From contig CAZSAI010000002.1 in assembly GCA_964604895.1 (NCBI GenBank), positions 1 through 37,966 on the forward strand: 37,966 nucleotides of DNA, in the 5' to 3' direction. Shown here piece after piece: positions 15,987 through 24,106 of the stretch. Below the pieces are notes generated by a model that saw nothing but the letters and a program-made list of their open reading frames with translations, had not been told where the DNA came from and did no database searches. The stretch comes from an uncultured Planctomycetia bacterium (GTDB lineage Bacteria > Omnitrophota > Gorgyraeia > Duberdicusellales > Duberdicusellaceae). Every line of letters starts with the position of its first letter. Positions within the stretch are counted from its first letter, which is position 1. The translations under genes and the position numbers were made by a program.

Positions 15987-16860
15987 ACATTTTTCTGAGC
16001 ATAATTTTGTTTCCGGCCATACTGCTTGTTCGGGTTGTGGTCAATCTTTAGCAGCTAGATTAGTAGTAGATGCAGCAGGCAAAAACACAATCGCTACTAG
16101 TGCTACTGGGTGCTTAGAGGTATTCTCTACCAAAGCACCTCAGTCTAGCTGGAATATCCCTTGGATACATTCTTTATTTGAGAATTCAGCAGCTATAGCT
16201 TCGGGGATAGAGTCAGCTTTAAGGTATTTAGGAAAGATTGATAATATAAGAGTTATTTCTCAGGGAGGGGACGGAGGAACAGCTGATATTGGGCTTCAGG
16301 CTCTTTCCGGGATGTTGGAGAGAGGCCATGATGTCTTATATGTCTGCTACGATAATGAGGCCTATATGAATACAGGGATTCAAAGAAGTGGACTTACTCC
16401 CCTTCAGGCAAATACTACTACCTCTCCTCCAGGAAAAGTATCTTTCGGCAATCCTAAACTAAAAAAACCTATGGTAGAGATATGTGCAGCTCATCATATA
16501 CCTTATTCAGCCTCAGCTTCTGTAGGTTATCCTCAGGATTTACAAAAAAAAGTCAAGAAAGCTCTCTCTATAAGAGGTCCTAAGTACTTACAGATTCATT
16601 GTCCCTGTCCTTTAGGTTGGAGGTATGATCCGAGCTTAACTTTAGAGATAGCCCGCTTGGCAGTTCAAAGCGGGCTTTATCCTTTAGTTGAGTATGAGTA
16701 TGGAAAACTCTCTAAGGTTTTTAAGGTCCCTAAACCTAAGCCAGTCGAAGAGTACTTGAAGCTTCAAGGAAGATTTAGACATATCCTTAATAAGAAAGAG
16801 GAGTTGGCCAAGATTCAGCAGGTGGCTGATAAGAACATAGAGTATTACCAGCTAAAATAA
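15976..16860 (+). CDS. porB: Pyruvate:ferredoxin oxidoreductase, beta subunit (TPP-binding)
   Basis: GHTACSGCG and GGDGGTADIGLQALSG...YDNEAYMNTGIQRS (TPP motif); GTG start overlapping porA by 11 nt. Confidence 0.9.
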   Translation: MLSKHFSEHNFVSGHTACSGCGQSLAARLVVDAAGKNTIATSATGCLEVFSTKAPQSSWNIPWIHSLFENSAAIASGIESALRYLGKIDNIRVISQGGDGGTADIGLQALSGMLERGHDVLYVCYDNEAYMNTGIQRSGLTPLQANTTTSPPGKVSFGNPKLKKPMVEICAAHHIPYSASASVGYPQDLQKKVKKALSIRGPKYLQIHCPCPLGWRYDPSLTLEIARLAVQSGLYPLVEYEYGKLSKVFKVPKPKPVEEYLKLQGRFRHILNKKEELAKIQQVADKNIEYYQLK

Positions 16861-16872
16861 GGAGGCAAGGAT

Positions 16873-17058
16873 ATGGCTAAGGTAGTAATTGATGAAAGTA
16901 AATGTGTGGGATGTGGTTTGTGCGTAAATAACTGTCCTGACTGTTTTGAGCTTTCGGATGATGGGATAGCCAAGGTTAAGAATTCTTCTTGTGAAGGATG
17001 CGATTTGAAAGAAATAGCTTCTCAGTGCCCGGTAGAGGCTATTGTAATCGAGGATTAA
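16873..17058 (+). CDS. Small [4Fe-4S] ferredoxin
   Basis: 61 aa with CVGCGLCVNNCP ... CPVEAI, as in single-cluster ferredoxins of anaerobes. A GGAGG SD precedes it. It is the likely electron acceptor of the adjacent OFOR. Confidence 0.85.
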   Translation: MAKVVIDESKCVGCGLCVNNCPDCFELSDDGIAKVKNSSCEGCDLKEIASQCPVEAIVIED

Positions 17059-18458
17059 AGTTTGTAAATTAGAAGTTTACTTTCCTTTATTAATTGGGCA
17101 ATATAATCTCTTAAAGTTTGCGCTCTTTTCTCTTGAAGAATTAAGTTTCGATAGTTTTCTTTCTCTTCCTTAAATTTTTCCTCATCAATATTTTTCTTCT
17201 CTATGAGTTGGACTATACAGAAGCCTTTTTTTATTTCCAGAGGTTTAGGGTATATTTGGCCTTCTTTTAAAGAAAAAACTATATTCTTAAAATTCATATC
17301 TAAACCAATATTTTCTATAAAGTCTTTTCTTGTGAAGAACGTAGTCTCTTGGAGACTAGCTCCTTTGGGAAGAGAGATTTCTTTTAAATCTTTTACATTC
17401 TTTTTACTTATTTCTGAAATAATCTGAGAAGCTATGTTTTTGGCTTCTTGGTAAGTCTTCTCTTCTATAAGTTTTTTCTTGACCTCGTCTTTTATTGCTG
17501 TAAATTCTGGTATGTAGGAGGGTTTTTGGTCTATTTTTACAAAGAAGATGAAGCCTTCCTCTACTTGAAAAGGTCCGTAAGTTTTATTCTTCTCCACCTC
17601 AAAAGCCTTAAGAGCTAAATTTCTCTGCCAACCTAAGCCTTTAATAGGTTCCTCTGCAGAGAAATAATCCGTTTCTATTACTTCTAAATTAAATTTTTTA
17701 GCCACCTCCTTCAGAGATTCTTTCTTAAGTCTTCTTTCCACTTCTTTTAGGAGTTCCTCTTTAGAGGAATCTAATAAGATATAAGCTATTTTTACTTTGG
17801 GAGGAACTCTAAACTCTTCCTTATTTTCTTGGAAAAATTTCTTTAAATCTTCTTCTTCAGGCACAATCCCTTCTTCTATTTTTTTAAGTTCTATAAGGAT
17901 GTATTTAGCTTTTGCTTCTTCATTTAATTGTTTGTATCTTTCTCTTATTTCTTGTTCACTCACTTCTATATTTTTTAAAACTTTTTCTTTTAATTTCTCA
18001 GCCCTTATTATATCTTTCAGAAACCCTTCAAACTGTCCAGGAATAATCCTTAACCTATTTAAGATAGCAAGATATCTTTCTTTTAGAGAACTCTTTTGGA
18101 GGTTCAAGAAAGGAAAATTCTTGATATACTCTAACACTTCTTCATCACTTACTTGAATATTTTCTCTTTTAGCTTTTTCGATAAAAAGAAGCTGCTGCCA
18201 GGCATACCTATTAAGTTGGTCGGGCTTTATACCCGAGAAAGCATCTCTTCCTAAGCGGAGAAGAAAAAGAGCTTGGATATTGCGCAAAAATGCTTCAAAA
18301 TCTTGGGGGGATATTTTCTTGCCATATATTTTACCTATGAAGTTGCCTCTTTCCTTTATAAAGTAGCTAGCGCCCCAGAACACAAAAGCTGGCACAATTA
18401 CTATAACTAAGAACCAAAGTATCTTTTTTAAATCAGCCTTTCTTATCTTCCTTAACAT
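17055..18458 (-). CDS. PpiD/SurA-N-like membrane-anchored periplasmic chaperone
   Basis: N-terminal TM anchor (ILWFLVIVIVPAFVFWGASYF), a long helical SurA-N-like region and a parvulin-like C-terminal part (GPFQVEEGFIFFVKI; GFCIVQL). Only gene on the - strand. Confidence 0.65.
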   Translation of the reverse strand: MLRKIRKADLKKILWFLVIVIVPAFVFWGASYFIKERGNFIGKIYGKKISPQDFEAFLRNIQALFLLRLGRDAFSGIKPDQLNRYAWQQLLFIEKAKRENIQVSDEEVLEYIKNFPFLNLQKSSLKERYLAILNRLRIIPGQFEGFLKDIIRAEKLKEKVLKNIEVSEQEIRERYKQLNEEAKAKYILIELKKIEEGIVPEEEDLKKFFQENKEEFRVPPKVKIAYILLDSSKEELLKEVERRLKKESLKEVAKKFNLEVIETDYFSAEEPIKGLGWQRNLALKAFEVEKNKTYGPFQVEEGFIFFVKIDQKPSYIPEFTAIKDEVKKKLIEEKTYQEAKNIASQIISEISKKNVKDLKEISLPKGASLQETTFFTRKDFIENIGLDMNFKNIVFSLKEGQIYPKPLEIKKGFCIVQLIEKKNIDEEKFKEEKENYRNLILQEKRAQTLRDYIAQLIKESKLLIYKL

Positions 18459-18533
18459 TTTTGATAATTTTTTTATTTAGATTATCATACAGGAGCGGTT
18501 TTTACAAGGCTTAATTTAGGCAAGAGATTTTTC

Positions 18534-18562
18534 TTTACAATAGATTTTTAAGATTGTATAAT
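18534..18562 (+). promoter_or_regulatory. Near-consensus sigma-70 promoter upstream of hisG
   Basis: TTTACA (18534-18539), exactly 17 nt, then TATAAT (18557-18562). The predicted transcript start is around 18569-18571. Confidence 0.55.
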
Positions 18563-18570
18563 TAGTCTTT

Positions 18571-18720
18571 GTGCCAGGGAGAAAAAAGATAAAAATTCGA
18601 AGAACTTGGCTAATTAACCCTAAAACCAGGATTAAAGAAAGTAAGAAAGTATATAAAAGAAGTAGAGAAAAACAGAGGATAAGAGAAGAGATTAAGAGGT
18701 TAGATGAGCAGGATTCTTAA
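18571..18720 (+). CDS. Possible 49-aa highly basic small ORF in the hisG leader (not in the ORF track)
   Basis: GTG at 18571, 8 nt after the TATAAT box, reads VPGRKKIKIRRTWLINPKTRIKESKKVYKRSREKQRIREEIKRLDEQDS and stops at 18718-18720, overlapping hisG out of frame. There is no SD, so it would have to be leaderless. A purine-rich leader would give K/R/E-rich reading frames anyway. Confidence 0.25.
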   Translation: MPGRKKIKIRRTWLINPKTRIKESKKVYKRSREKQRIREEIKRLDEQDS

Positions 18721-19585
18721 GTTAGGTCTTCCTAAAGGAAGTCTTCAAGAGGCAACTTTTAAGCTTTTTCAGATGGCAGGATTCAAATTAAATTTAGCTA
18801 GTGGACGTTCTTACTTTCCTTCTATAGATGATAAAGAGATTTCTCCGGTTCTGATAAGAGCTCAGGAGATGTCTCGTTATGTAGAAAAGGGTAGCCTAGA
18901 CTGTGGAATCACTGGTGAGGATTGGATTAGAGAAAATTCTTCTAAAGTTAAAAGGGTAGCTGAGCTAATATATGCTAAAAAAACCTTTAGACCCGTAAGA
19001 TGGGTGATAGCTGTAAGAGAAGACTCCAAGATTAGAGGAGTAGAAGACCTGCAAGGCAAAAGGATTGCTACTGAGCTTGTGAATGTTACTAAGCAGTTTC
19101 TTAAAAAGAACAAAATTAAAGCTTTTGTTGAATTTAGTTGGGGAGCTACAGAAGTTAAAGTAAAAAGTGGTTTGGTAGATGCTATTGTAGAGCTTACTGA
19201 GACAGGCGAGTCTTTAAAAGCTAATAACTTAAGAGAGATAGCTTGTGTATGTGAATCTACCACTAAGTTTATAGCTAACAATTCTGCTTATAAGAACCCT
19301 TGGAAGAGGAGGAAAATAGATTATATTGCTCTTCTTCTTTTGGGAGCAATTCAGGCTCAAGGGAAGGTGGGGATAAAGTTAAATGTTAGAAAAAAAGACC
19401 TAGGAGATATTTTGAAAGTTTTGCCTGCTTTGAGGAGACCTACAGTTTCTTCTTTGGCTAGCAAGGATTGGTTTGCTTTAGAAGTTATAATAGAAGAAGA
19501 GAAAGTTAAAGAGCTTATACCTCGTCTGAAGGAGTTAGGGGCAGAAGGGATTGTAGAATACCCTTTAAATAAAATAATCAATTAA
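18704..19585 (+). CDS. hisG: ATP phosphoribosyltransferase, long form
   Basis: LKLGLPKGSLQE, IRAQEMSRYVEKGSLDCGITG, and a C-terminal regulatory domain (..LEVIIEEEKVKELIPRLKELGAEGIVEYPLNKII); 293 aa. Confidence 0.9.
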   Translation: MSRILKLGLPKGSLQEATFKLFQMAGFKLNLASGRSYFPSIDDKEISPVLIRAQEMSRYVEKGSLDCGITGEDWIRENSSKVKRVAELIYAKKTFRPVRWVIAVREDSKIRGVEDLQGKRIATELVNVTKQFLKKNKIKAFVEFSWGATEVKVKSGLVDAIVELTETGESLKANNLREIACVCESTTKFIANNSAYKNPWKRRKIDYIALLLLGAIQAQGKVGIKLNVRKKDLGDILKVLPALRRPTVSSLASKDWFALEVIIEEEKVKELIPRLKELGAEGIVEYPLNKIIN

Positions 19586-19676
19586 ATGATAAAGGCTAAG
19601 TCTTTTCTTCTCAAGATAAGTTACTCTAGGGATTTGAAAATATCTTGTTTAGGATTTAAAGCTTTATAATTAAGGT

Positions 19677-19766
19677 ATGCCTTGCGGGAGAAAAAGAAAA
19701 CTTAAAAAAGTAAAGAGGCATTGGTTTAAGAAGAGAAGGAAACAGCAGAGGCATAAGAAGAAGTAG
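19677..19766 (+). CDS. 29-aa Lys/Arg-rich small ORF, possible bS22-like small ribosomal protein (not in the ORF track)
   Basis: ATG at 19677 reads MPCGRKRKLKKVKRHWFKKRRKQQRHKKK, with the stop at 19764-19766. A TATAAT box (19665-19670) lies 6 nt upstream. From memory, the size and the MPxG[KR]KRK...H..KKRRK..RHKKK pattern resemble the roughly 30-aa bS22 (AURKAIP1/COX24-like) proteins. Confidence 0.4.
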   Translation: MPCGRKRKLKKVKRHWFKKRRKQQRHKKK

Positions 19767-19802
19767 TTAATTTCTTCAAAGTTACAGAGCTAAAATCTAT
19801 CA

Positions 19803-20774
19803 ATGGGAAGGATTTTTTTTCTCATCGTAGGAGCTGGGTTTATTTTTTGTGGGTTTAAAACTGAAGAAGGATTTCCTAAAAAAGATATAAATCCCACCTA
19901 CAGTTCTTATCTTAAGGGTCTTCTTTCCGATAGGTATGGAGATTATCAGAGAGCCTTAGAAGAATACCTAAAAGCAGAGAGGTTTGATAAAGACTCAACC
20001 TCTCTTAAGCTAAGAGTGGCTGTTCAGTATATAAAGTTAAATAATATAAGTAAAGCTTTAGAAATTTTGAAGGAACTTAAAGAGCAGAACCCGATAAACT
20101 TAGATGCTTATCTGCTTCTTATGCTTATTTATTCTTCCCAAGGGAAAGAAGAGGAGGCTAATCAGATTTATGAAGAGATGCTTTCTAAACTTTATAGAGA
20201 GAGTCCCGATAATCTGAAGATTGCAGAGAGTTTAGCTCAGTTTAAATTTCAAAAAAAAGATTATGATACAGCTTTAAAAATATATGAAAATATCTTGAAG
20301 CTCAACCCCGATTATCCCGAAGCTTATTTTTGGATAGGCTATATCTACGAAGATAAAGGTCAGAGAGAAAAAGCAATTGAGGTTTGGAAGAAAGGTTTAG
20401 AAATTGCTCCTACCCATCCAGATATTTTGAATTCTTTAGGTTATATTTATGCTGAGGAAGGGATAAATTTAGATGAGGCAGAAGATTTAATTAAGAAAGC
20501 TTTAGAGATAAAACCTTCCTCCCCTGCCTACTTAGATAGTTTGGGCTGGGTTTATTTTAAAAAGAAAGACTATCTTAAGGCTAAAGAGTATGTTGAGAAA
20601 GCTTCGCAATCTCTTAAAGACCCAGTAATCCTAGAGCACTTAGGAGATATTTATTATTGTTTGGGAGAGACCGAAGAAGCAGAAAAAATTTGGAAAGAAG
20701 CTTTGGAGATTCAGCCTCAGAGTAAGACCATTAAACAAAAGTTGGAAGGAGAAAATGTCCCCTGCCAAGATTAA
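19803..20774 (+). CDS. Tetratricopeptide (TPR) repeat protein with N-terminal hydrophobic anchor or signal
   Basis: Repeated A..Y....L...P....A...LG.IY motifs (for example PEAYFWIGYIYEDKGQREKAIEVWKKGLEIAP); 323 aa; overlaps the next gene by 20 nt. Confidence 0.8.
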   Translation: MGRIFFLIVGAGFIFCGFKTEEGFPKKDINPTYSSYLKGLLSDRYGDYQRALEEYLKAERFDKDSTSLKLRVAVQYIKLNNISKALEILKELKEQNPINLDAYLLLMLIYSSQGKEEEANQIYEEMLSKLYRESPDNLKIAESLAQFKFQKKDYDTALKIYENILKLNPDYPEAYFWIGYIYEDKGQREKAIEVWKKGLEIAPTHPDILNSLGYIYAEEGINLDEAEDLIKKALEIKPSSPAYLDSLGWVYFKKKDYLKAKEYVEKASQSLKDPVILEHLGDIYYCLGETEEAEKIWKEALEIQPQSKTIKQKLEGENVPCQD

Positions 20775-21588
20775 ATTCTTAAAGAAAAAGGCTAATAAGA
20801 TAAGGAAATTAATAATAAAGATGCTTTCTCAAGCAGGAAGTGGGCATCCAGGAGGTTCTTTATCTTGTGTGGAGATTATTACTTCTTTGTACTTTGAGGT
20901 AATGAGACACAACCCTAAAGACCCTTCTTGGTCAGATAGAGATAGATTTCACTTATCTAAAGGACATGCTTGTCCGGCTTGGTACGCAGCTTTAGCTGAA
21001 GCGGGATATTTTGAGGAGAGGCATCTTTTTACTTTAAGAAGATTAGGTTCGATTCTTCAAGGCCATCCAGATAGGAGAACTCCAGGAGTAGATGTAGCTT
21101 CTGGTTCTTTAGGTCAAGGATTATCTGTAGCCTTAGGGATGAGTTTAGCTTTAAGATTGGACAAAAAAGAATCTCGAGTCTACTGTCTTATGGGAGATGG
21201 GGAAATTCAGGAAGGAAATATCTGGGAGGCAGCTATGGCTTCAGCTCACTTTAAGGTAGATAATCTTTGTGGGATTGTAGATTATAACAGATTTCAAATA
21301 GATGGGAGAGTAGAAAGAATTATGAGTATTGAGCCCTTAGTTAATAAATGGGAAAGTTTTGGTTGGCATGTAATTCAAGTAGATGGCCATAATATAGAGG
21401 AAGTCTTAGAAGCTTTTGGGGAGGCTAAGCAGATGAAGGGAAAGCCTACAGTTATAATTGCCCATACAGTTAAAGGTAAAGGTGTTTCTTTTATGGAGCA
21501 TGTGGTTGATTTTCATGGAAGGGCTCCTACTCAAGAAGAGACAAAGATTGCTCTTAAAGAGCTTGAAGAGTTAGATGAACTTATTTAA
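20755..21588 (+). CDS. Transketolase, N-terminal (TPP-binding) subunit
   Basis: GSGHPGGSLS, LSKGHA and GSLGQGLSVALGM...GDGEIQEGNIWEA motifs; 277 aa split-type subunit. Confidence 0.9.
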   Translation: MSPAKIKFLKKKANKIRKLIIKMLSQAGSGHPGGSLSCVEIITSLYFEVMRHNPKDPSWSDRDRFHLSKGHACPAWYAALAEAGYFEERHLFTLRRLGSILQGHPDRRTPGVDVASGSLGQGLSVALGMSLALRLDKKESRVYCLMGDGEIQEGNIWEAAMASAHFKVDNLCGIVDYNRFQIDGRVERIMSIEPLVNKWESFGWHVIQVDGHNIEEVLEAFGEAKQMKGKPTVIIAHTVKGKGVSFMEHVVDFHGRAPTQEETKIALKELEELDELI

Positions 21589-21619
21589 TAGAGTGAATGG
21601 TTTATAAATTGAAGTTGAG

Positions 21620-22552
21620 ATGGCTGGTTTATTTTATGCTCGAGATTTCTATGGGAAAACTCTAGTAGAATTAGGCAGGAGGGACTCTAATATTGTAGTC
21701 TTAGATGCTGATTTATCTGGGTCTACCCGGACAGTCCTCTTTGGGAAGGAATTTCCTGAGAGGTTTTTCAATATGGGAGTGGCTGAACAGAATATGATGG
21801 CTACTGCTGCAGGTCTGGCTAGCTGTGGGAAGACAGTATTTGCTTCTACCTTTTCTATGTTTGCAAGTAGCCGAGCTTTAGACCAGATAAGGAACACAAT
21901 TTGTTATAATAATTTTAATGTGAAAATAGTGGCTTCTCACGGAGGTCTCACCGTAGGAGAGGATGGTTCCTCTCATCAGGCTTTGGAGGATATCTCTTTT
22001 ATGCGGGTTATTCCTCAGATGAAGGTAGTAGTCCCTTGTGATGCTGAGGAGACCGCTTCAGCAGTGATTTCTGCCTATAAAACCCCAGGGCCTTTCTATA
22101 TCCGGATTGGAAGAGCCAAGGTTCCTCAGATTGAAGGTAAGAAAGAGTTCATCTTGGGAAAGGGCTATATCTTAGAGGAAGGGAAAGATTTAGCTATAAT
22201 TGCTTGTGGGCTAATGGTTTATCAAGCTAAGATGGCTTCAGAAATTCTGAAGAGGCAAAATATTAGAGCCTATGTAGTAAATATTCATACTATAAAACCT
22301 ATAGATGAAGATTTAATCTTGGAGTTGGCTGAGAAGGTGAGAGGTTTTGTGGTGTGTGAAGAGCATTCAATTATTGGAGGCCTAGCTTCAGCTGTAGCGG
22401 AGGTACTTTCAGAGAGAAAGCCTCTTCTGATAAAGAGGGTCGGTGTAAGAGATAGTTTTGGCCAATCCGGTGCTCCTTCGGAACTTCTTAAAGCTTATGG
22501 CTTGCTTCCTGAGAATATTGTTCAGGCAGCCTTGGAAATTCTTAGAAAATGA
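21620..22552 (+). CDS. Transketolase, C-terminal (pyrimidine-binding) subunit
   Basis: FNMGVAEQNMMATAAGLA and GEDGSSHQALEDISFMR motifs; 310 aa. Confidence 0.9.
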   Translation: MAGLFYARDFYGKTLVELGRRDSNIVVLDADLSGSTRTVLFGKEFPERFFNMGVAEQNMMATAAGLASCGKTVFASTFSMFASSRALDQIRNTICYNNFNVKIVASHGGLTVGEDGSSHQALEDISFMRVIPQMKVVVPCDAEETASAVISAYKTPGPFYIRIGRAKVPQIEGKKEFILGKGYILEEGKDLAIIACGLMVYQAKMASEILKRQNIRAYVVNIHTIKPIDEDLILELAEKVRGFVVCEEHSIIGGLASAVAEVLSERKPLLIKRVGVRDSFGQSGAPSELLKAYGLLPENIVQAALEILRK

Positions 22553-23439
22553 TTAGAAATCTATTTAATTCTTCTTTCAATTCTTCCAAAGAGAGTATTT
22601 TTCTTAAAGCCCCTGCTAAAATAAATCTCTATTTAAATATTCTGGGCAAAAGAAGAGATGGCTATCATGATATTTGTAGTATAGTAGAGAGAATTTCTCT
22701 TTTTGATGAAATAGAGATAGTTCTTAATGACACTAAGAGCATAAGATTTTTTTGTAATATAGAAAAATTGAATAATTCTCAAAATTTAGCAGTTAAGAGC
22801 GCAGAACTATTACGAAGAGAATATGGGATTAAGGAAGGTTTTGATATTTTCTTAAATAAAAAAATCCCTGTGGGTTCAGGCTTAGGAGGAGCCTCTTCTG
22901 ACGCTGCTACGGTATTATTAGCCTTAAATAAACTCTTAAGATTGAAATTAACACTTAAAGAACTATACAGGTTGGGCAAAAGGCTAGGTTCGGATGTTAA
23001 TTTCTTTCTTTCTCAAGCAAAATTTGCTTTAATCTTAGGAAGAGGAGAGGAAGTTTATCCTCTTAAGAATGATTTACTACTTAGGCACATACTAATTTTA
23101 CCTAACTTTTCTTCTTCTACAAAATGGGTCTATGAAGCTTATAACTTGAAATTGACAACTCATTTGGATAATGTTAAACTTATGTTTTATAGTTTAAAGA
23201 ACAGAGATAAATTTTTGTTAGAAAAGCTTATTTTTAATGCTTTAACTAAGCCCTATTTAAGAATTTATAGGCAAGCCAGAGAGATATTTGGAGTGATTTC
23301 CCAGAAAGAGGGTTATTATTTTTCCCTTACGGGGTCTGGTTCAGCTATTTTCATTCTTAATAAGGAGAAGCTGGATAAAGATATATCTGAAACACTTAGA
23401 AAGTTGGGGGTAAAGTTCTTAGAAGTAACTACATTTTAA
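22549..23439 (+). CDS. ispE: 4-diphosphocytidyl-2-C-methyl-D-erythritol kinase
   Basis: KAPAKINLYLNILGKRRDGYHDI and KKIPVGSGLGGASSDAA (GHMP kinase motif); 296 aa. Confidence 0.88.
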   Translation: MIRNLFNSSFNSSKESIFLKAPAKINLYLNILGKRRDGYHDICSIVERISLFDEIEIVLNDTKSIRFFCNIEKLNNSQNLAVKSAELLRREYGIKEGFDIFLNKKIPVGSGLGGASSDAATVLLALNKLLRLKLTLKELYRLGKRLGSDVNFFLSQAKFALILGRGEEVYPLKNDLLLRHILILPNFSSSTKWVYEAYNLKLTTHLDNVKLMFYSLKNRDKFLLEKLIFNALTKPYLRIYRQAREIFGVISQKEGYYFSLTGSGSAIFILNKEKLDKDISETLRKLGVKFLEVTTF

Positions 23440-23457
23440 CCAAAGGAGGGCCAGCTT

Positions 23458-23883
23458 ATGGAGATTACTGAAGTAAAAATTTCTCTTCGAGAGGGGGCTA
23501 ACAAGAAACTTAAGGCTTATGCTACGGTTACCTTCGATAACTGTTTTGTAGTTAGAAATGTTAAAGTTATCGAAGGCAGTAATGGGCTTTTCGTGGCTAT
23601 GCCAGCTAGGAAGATGAAGCAGTTCTGCCCCCGCTGTGGTAAAAGGATTGAGCTCAACTCTAAATTCTGCAGTCAGTGCGGTGCACAACTTCCTCCTGCT
23701 CCTCGGGATTTAGACCAGGGTAAAAATTCTCAGATTCATCAGGATATTGCCCACCCTATTAATCAGCAGTTTAGGGATTATCTTCAAAAGAAGGTATTAG
23801 ATGCTTACCATGAGGAGAAAAGTAGAACTCAGCGGAAGAGTCCAGAGACAGGTTTTACTACTCAAGGAGAGGCTTCTTTTTAG
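23458..23883 (+). CDS. spoVG: SpoVG-family protein with an inserted zinc-ribbon and a C-terminal extension
   Basis: MEITEVKISL....KLKAYATVTFDNCFVVRNVKVIEGSNGLFVAMPARK and DIAHPIN are canonical SpoVG blocks. Between them sits CPRCGKRIELNSKFCSQCG (23626..23682). 141 aa, against about 90-100 aa for typical SpoVG. Confidence 0.8.
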   Translation: MEITEVKISLREGANKKLKAYATVTFDNCFVVRNVKVIEGSNGLFVAMPARKMKQFCPRCGKRIELNSKFCSQCGAQLPPAPRDLDQGKNSQIHQDIAHPINQQFRDYLQKKVLDAYHEEKSRTQRKSPETGFTTQGEASF

Positions 23884-23978
23884 TTGAAAAGCTCCTATAA
23901 GTTATTAGCTTACAGAGTTAACTGGAGGGAGAGACTTATTTTTGCATCCTAAACTTTGTAAACCACAGACTTAAAAGT

Positions 23979-24050
23979 TGCCCGGTGGTGTAACTGGTAA
24001 CACACCAGAATTTGGATCTGGTTTTCCTGGTTCGAATCCAGGCCGGGCAG
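23979..24050 (+). tRNA. tRNA-Gln (anticodon UUG)
   Basis: Manual cloverleaf fold:
- Acceptor UGCCCGG/CCGGGCA (U1-A72) with G73 discriminator.
- D arm GUGU-AACUGGUA-ACAC.
- Anticodon arm CCAGA-AUUUGGA-UCUGG.
- T arm CCUGG-UUCGAAU-CCAGG.
- No encoded CCA. Confidence 0.85.
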
Positions 24051-24106
24051 GGATAACAGGATTTAAAGTTAAAAGTAGAAAGTTTAGAGTAATAGTATTT
24101 TGTTAA

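Noticed and set aside
18571-18703. hisG leader as a classical histidine attenuator
   Set aside because: The leader frame has no His codons, and I could find no terminator/antiterminator hairpins in this purine-rich stretch.
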